DNA of 63,079 bases, filler included, from Octopus bimaculoides (taxonomy: Eukaryota), in assembly GCF_001194135.2 (NCBI RefSeq). It is 4 parts of 3 records of this genome, joined end to end, with 100 filler letters (N's around TTAATTAATTAA, not from the genome) between each part and the next. Parts side by side here need not be neighbours in the genome. Positions count along the whole stretch, not along the records: positions 31,676 to 57,650 come from NC_068997.1; positions 57,751 to 63,079 come from NC_068983.1; 2 more parts are not named here. One strand, 5' to 3'. The position numbers were made by a program, and so were the translations under genes. Positions within the stretch are counted from its first letter, which is position 1, and each line of letters starts with the position of its first letter. Of this stretch, positions 57,484 to 63,079 are shown one piece after another. The notes beneath the pieces are model-generated. The model was not told the DNA's origin, did no database searches, and was given only the letters and a program-made list of their open reading frames with translations.

Positions 57484-58769
57484 ATCAATGTAAATACACA
57501 TTTCATGGACTGCTTCCTTCTGAAGATAAGCCTTGAAATATAAAGATTTTTTGTAAAATTTTCTGCATTGTTAAAAGCTTTATTTCCCTTTTCTTTCATT
57601 TTCTACTTCTGTACTACAATGCTTCAAGTGAACTACAATGCTCTTATATANNNNNNNNNNNNNNNNNNNNNNNNNNNNNNNNNNNNNNNNNNNNTTAATT
57701 AATTAANNNNNNNNNNNNNNNNNNNNNNNNNNNNNNNNNNNNNNNNNNNNATATATATATATATATATAGATAGATATATATATATACATGCGTATATGT
57801 ATGTATGTATATATGAATGTCTGAATGTATGTATGCATACATGCACATATGGTGGTGGTTCTTAGTCGTTCAACAACAAGGATTCTACTGTTTGACAAAT
57901 TTGATAAATTGAATAACCATTCCTTGAATTAATGTGAAAGTGGATGACTATTCCACCGACCTGTGAACCTTTAAAACCATTCTCATTCTTGGTCGGAATC
58001 AGTATCACCCTCGCAAGACAGGGCAGCACTCTTTGAACTGCAGGTACAATCCATTCGAAAGGATTCTTTTCAGTTTCCGACGATGCAGTTTCAATCGTAA
58101 GACATCGATCAACCCGTGGCAATCTAATGTGTCATTTGTCCATGATGCTATGTGTATGCACGTATGTGTGTGTTTGTTCGACATCTTGGACGAATAACAG
58201 TAAATTATCTTATGACTAGATGCGTTCCACGTTCTTTAGATGGCTTTGGAATTACTTTCTGTTTGATTAGTCTCCAAATTTATTATCGAGACCCCACATC
58301 GAAAATTCTTGTTTCCTTCTGTTATATTTGCTCCACCATAGATTGATCGTATTTCATTAATATCTTTGGCGGAATATCACCTGATGAAAGGATGTGGTTG
58401 TGTGGCAATGCGAATTCGCGGAATCTTATGTAATATATTATATAATGAACATAGAATTTTCGTAATAAATCACGCAACTGAAACAGGTGTAGTGATGTTT
58501 GAACAATCTATTTCCTTTGGTTACTAAATCATAGATCACGTAACATGGTAAAGTCATATGTTCGCGAGGTACTGGTGAGCCGTAAACAACTGTTTAACTT
58601 TCTATGGATCATTGCATTGACCAGATAAATCACCTGGAATACTTTCTTTCGGAGTAATCTCTTTAGCCAAATATAGGTGGACATGGCAAAATCTATTTAG
58701 TCCCTTACACACATACATACACACAAATGTACATGCATGCATGCATCCCTTCATTCTTACATGCATGCA

Positions 58770-59030
58770 TGAAATAAAATAAATGCGCCCATTTAAAGCG
58801 TAGTCAGGCTCATGTGCCCGGTTTCCCAGTTTCAATGGCGTATGTGATCCCCAGCTGGACGGGACGCCAGTTCATCGCAGCGTTACTCACATTTGCCAGT
58901 TGAGTGGACTGGAGCAACGTGAAATGAAGTGTTTTGCTCAAGAACACAACGCGTCGCCCGGTCCAGGAATCGAAACCACAAGCTTACGATCATGATGCTG
59001 ACACCCTAACCACTAAGCCACGCGCTTCCA
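58770..59030 (-). mobile_element. tRNA-derived SINE family C, near full length
   Basis: Reverse strand: GTGGCTTAGTGGTTAGGG A-box, GGTTTCGATTCC B-box, TTGAGCAAAACACTTCATTTCACGTTGCTCCAGTCCAC body. Confidence 0.85.
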
Positions 59031-59549
59031 CTACATACATACATACATACAAACATACATAATACATACATACATACATGCATACATATATATATATGCA
59101 TATATACATCTATATAAAGTGAAGTATNNNNNNNNNNNNNNNNNNNNNNNNNNNNNNNNNNNNNNNNNNNNNNNNNNNNNNNNNNNNNNNNNNNNNNNNN
59201 NNNNNNNNNNNNNNNNNNNNNNNNNNNNNNNNNNNNNNNNNNNNNNNNNNNNNNNNNNNNNNNNNNNNNNNNNNNNNNNNNNNNNNNNNNNNNNNNNNNN
59301 NNNNNNNNNNNNNNNNNNNNNNNNNNNNNNNNNNNNNNNNNNNNNNNNNNNNNNNNNNNNNNNNNNNNNNNNNNNNNNNNNNNNNNNNNNNNNNNNNNNN
59401 NNNNNNNNNNNNNNNNNNNNNNNNNNNNNNNNNNNNNNNNNNNNNNNNNNNNNNNNNNNNNNNNNNNNNNNNNNNNNNNNNNNNNNNNNNNNNNNNNNNN
59501 NNNNNNNNNNNNNNNNNNNNNNNNNNNNNNNNNNNNNNNNNNNNNAGTG

Positions 59550-59588
<39 letters not shown>

Positions 59589-59769
59589 GAATATGAGAGT
59601 TTAGTTCACTAGTGATCTAAACGAATAGGTACGCTGGGTTTTTTGTGTAACGAATTATCAGGGCTCCAAGCTCGTAACTGAAACGGGAGGTATGGATGTT
59701 GTCCTCTTTCACTAATATATGATATATATATATATATATATATATATAGCATAGTATACTGAAGTATAG

Positions 59770-60225
59770 TAGAATGGCACTATTGCACCAGAAACACCAC
59801 CGTCCTCATCATCCTCATCCTCATCTCTAGCGCCATCATCATCATCGTCATCGTCGTCGTCTTCTTCATCATCATCACCACCACCATCATCATCATCATC
59901 ATCATCGTCATCATCGTCATCATCGTCATCATCATCGTCATCATCATCGTCATCATCATTATCATCATCATCATCATCATCATCATCATTATCATCGCCG
60001 TAATCGTTTTCGTCATCGTCGTCCCATCATCATCATCCTTATCCCATACTCCTCCTCCTCCTCCTCCTCTTCCTCTCCTCCTCCCCTTCCTCTCCTCTTC
60101 CTCCTCTTCCTCCTCTTCCTCTCCTCCTCCTCCTCCTTCTCCTCCTCCTCCTCATCATCGTCACTATCATCATCACTATCATCATCACTATCATCATCAA
60201 CAACAACAACAACAACAACAGCTGT
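59770..60225. repeat. Compound trinucleotide repeats (CAT)n/(CGT)n/(CCT)n/(CAA)n
   Basis: Directly visible in the sequence. Confidence 0.95.
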
Positions 60226-60524
60226 GATAACAAGTCTGCACTTCCAGAAACTATCCAGTGATCTTGAAATCGCCATCGGGCTTTTTTTGCTTCACAATCT
60301 CTTTTCAATGCTTATCATTTCTTGCAATCTCGCGTGTAAAAAACACACCCACTCGCTACACCCCACTCGCTACACGAGCTCACACGACGCCACACCACGC
60401 CGCCCAAACCCCATACTCACACGTTCGTGCAGGGGCTTTTCTGCTTTTTTTTCTTTTCTTTTCTTTTCTTTTCCACTCCACCACTCTATCGATACCTCCC
60501 GTTACCCTCAACTACCTTCTTAAT

Positions 60525-60559
60525 TACTAGCACCACCACCACCAACACCACCACTTCTT

Positions 60560-60609
<50 letters not shown>

Positions 60610-60634
60610 ACTACTACTACCACTACTGCTGCTG

Positions 60635-60668
<34 letters not shown>

Positions 60669-60682
60669 CACTACTGCTGCTG

Positions 60683-60725
<43 letters not shown>

Positions 60726-60972
60726 TACTACTACTATTACCACTACTGCTGCTGCTACTACCACTACCACTGTTGCTGCAACTACTACTACTACTACCAC
60801 CACTACTACTACTACTACTACTGCTGCTGCTGCTACTACTACTACTACTACTACTACCACTACTACTGCTGTTGCTGCTGCTGCTACTACTACTACTACT
60901 ACTACTACTACCACTACTACTTCTGCTGCTACTACTACTGCTGCCACTACTTCTGCTACTACCACTACTACC

Positions 60973-61021
<49 letters not shown>

Positions 61022-61578
61022 ACGGGACACACCTCACCAAAACAAAAACCACTACCACCATCATCATCATCTTCATCACTACCACAACACTACTTTGACA
61101 ACGTCGGTCACTATCATGACCACTACCATACTACCACCTCCATCATCACCACAAAAAATGTAACCACCTTCACTTTCATTATCACCACCACCACCACAAC
61201 CATCATCACTACCACGACTACCACAATTACCACCACTAAAACCAACACTATCACTACCGCCTCAAACACCACCGCCACCACCACAACCATCATCATTACC
61301 ACAAGCACCACCACCATCACCACCACCACCACAACTACTACCACCAAAACGAATACTATTACCACCACCTCAAACACCACCACAACCACCACCAGACTCA
61401 CCAACGTCAAAATCAACACTATCACCGCCACTGCAACCACCACCACCAAAACCAACACTATCACTACCGCCTCAACAACAACCACTACCACCGCCACTAC
61501 AACCATCATCATTACCACAACCACCACCACCATCACTACCTCCACCACCACCATCACTACCTCCACCACCACGAAAAC
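60525..61578. repeat. ~1-kb compound (ACT)n/(GCT)n/(ACC)n cryptic simple repeat
   Basis: Directly visible; generates homopolymeric ORFs in several frames on both strands. Confidence 0.95.
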
Positions 61579-61714
61579 NNNNNNNNNNACGATTCGGTGG
61601 AAACAGTTTTGCTTAAAATATGACGTAACCAAATTAAGTTCATTATTTTAGACATTTGACGAATTGGAAATTGTTTGTAGATAGCATTATATTGTTACAG
61701 ACTCCCCCTCTTCC

Positions 61715-61756
<42 letters not shown>

Positions 61757-62089
61757 TCCTCATAATCTCTTTCTCATAAATTCTTTCTTTCCTTTCTTCC
61801 ATTTCCTTTAATTATTTCTTTCGTATATTCTTCCCTATTTCTGCCATTTTTGAAAATACGATTTTCTCGAAAGATCTTCGTAAAAGACCTCAGAAACTAG
61901 CGATATTAAGTAAAACTATAACGTAATTTTCTTTCGTCCCATGCTGGATATATTTATTTAGATCAAATCTAATTAGTTCTTGGTTTGCGCTCCATTCTTC
62001 TTCCCCTCATTTTCAATCATTTTTTTCCCCTTTTATTTTAAACTTTACCTCTCATGACATACACACAAACATGCACACATACACACACA

Positions 62090-62151
<62 letters not shown>

Positions 62152-62165
62152 NNNNNNNNNNTATC

Positions 62166-62230
<65 letters not shown>

Positions 62231-62514
62231 GTGTGTGTGAATATATATACATACACACATACATACGTATGTATATATGTGTATATATATACATATGCAC
62301 AACAATACACACACATATACATATATCTATCGTTATATATAAACATAGTGTGTTTATTCATTTAACTAGAAACGCTAAAATTGATACATTGTTTGTATAT
62401 TAACTTGTATACACACGCGAATGTCTGTGTGTGTTTACATGTATGTATATATATATATGTATATATATATATATAACTCCATATACACATATATGTGTAT
62501 GAATGTATATATAC

Positions 62515-62586
<72 letters not shown>

Positions 62587-62683
62587 GCATAGAAATACGT
62601 ATATACATATATAAATATATATATATATTCATACTTACAGAATCACAAAATAATCATATAAGTACGAACGCATTTGCAAGAAT

Positions 62684-63079
62684 GGCGCAGGAGTGGCTGT
62701 GTGGTAAGTAGCTTGCTTACCAACCACATGGTCCTGAGTTCAGTCACACTGCGTAGCACTTTGGGCAAGTGTCTTCTAAAGCTTCATGAGTGGATTTGGT
62801 AGACGAAACCAGAGGAAGCCCGTCGTATATACGTATATATATACGTATGTGTGTCCATATGTTTTTGTTTGTGTTTGTCCCCCCACCCAACAACGCTTGG
62901 TAACCGATGTTGGTGTGTTAATCAAGCAGTTAACCATAACCAAGCAGTTCGGCAAAAGAGACCGATAGAATAAGTACTAGGCTTACAAAGAATAAGCTCT
63001 GAGTTCGATTTGCGCGACCAAAGGCGGTACTTCAGTGTGGCCGCAGTCAAATGACTGAAACAAGTAAAAGAATAACCCC
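62684..63079 (+). mobile_element. SINE family A, near full length, ending at the window edge
   Basis: GGCGCAGGAGTGGCTGTGTGG ... GACTGAAACAAGTAAAAG. Confidence 0.9.

Noticed and set aside
57862-58122. 86-aa minus-strand ORF upstream of TDP-43
   Set aside because: No recognisable homology, weak acceptor, and it lies across an artificial join from the gene; left unclassified.
58381-58430. Hammerhead from CTGATGA at 58381 (also ~6142, ~18960, ~50504)
   Set aside because: No stem II or GAAA in a compatible position.
59031-59604. ORFs of 161-174 aa
   Set aside because: Almost entirely N gap.
60427-61651. Long poly-Thr/Val/Ser/Leu ORFs as a mucin-like gene
   Set aside because: Open frames appear on both strands as a consequence of the trinucleotide repeat; no signal peptide or convincing splice context.

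Overview
AT-rich, microsatellite- and transposon-saturated eukaryotic draft scaffold. The SINE families and repeat landscape point to a coleoid cephalopod, most likely Octopus (inference). It has many N gaps, three of them artificial 44N-TTAATTAATTAA-44N joins. One confident protein-coding gene is present: a TDP-43 (TARDBP) orthologue on the minus strand with 4 coding exons (55715-55478, 54274-54111, 53302-53162, 52774-52130; 395 aa), sitting in an ~9 kb island almost free of repeats. The rest is mostly mobile DNA: tRNA-derived SINEs (at least 4 families), RTE, R4/Dong and Tx1/L1-like LINE fragments, mariner/maT/DD41D and hAT remnants, and several MITE/foldback palindromes. Top leads: (1) a candidate 22-nt microexon with strong splice signals, an internal donor at the end of RRM2 and a UG/GAAUG-rich 3'UTR block ahead of a poly(A) signal, together suggesting a short-isoform/autoregulatory splicing circuit for TDP-43; (2) several Penelope-type minimal hammerhead ribozyme motifs, one with an intact core and one fused to a tRNA-headed SINE; (3) two apparently ORF1-only Tx1/L1-like elements, each starting inside the tRNA-derived head of a SINE; (4) R4/Dong elements flanked by (TA)n/(TACA)n. 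Boundaries of degenerate repeats are approximate and no database searches were run.
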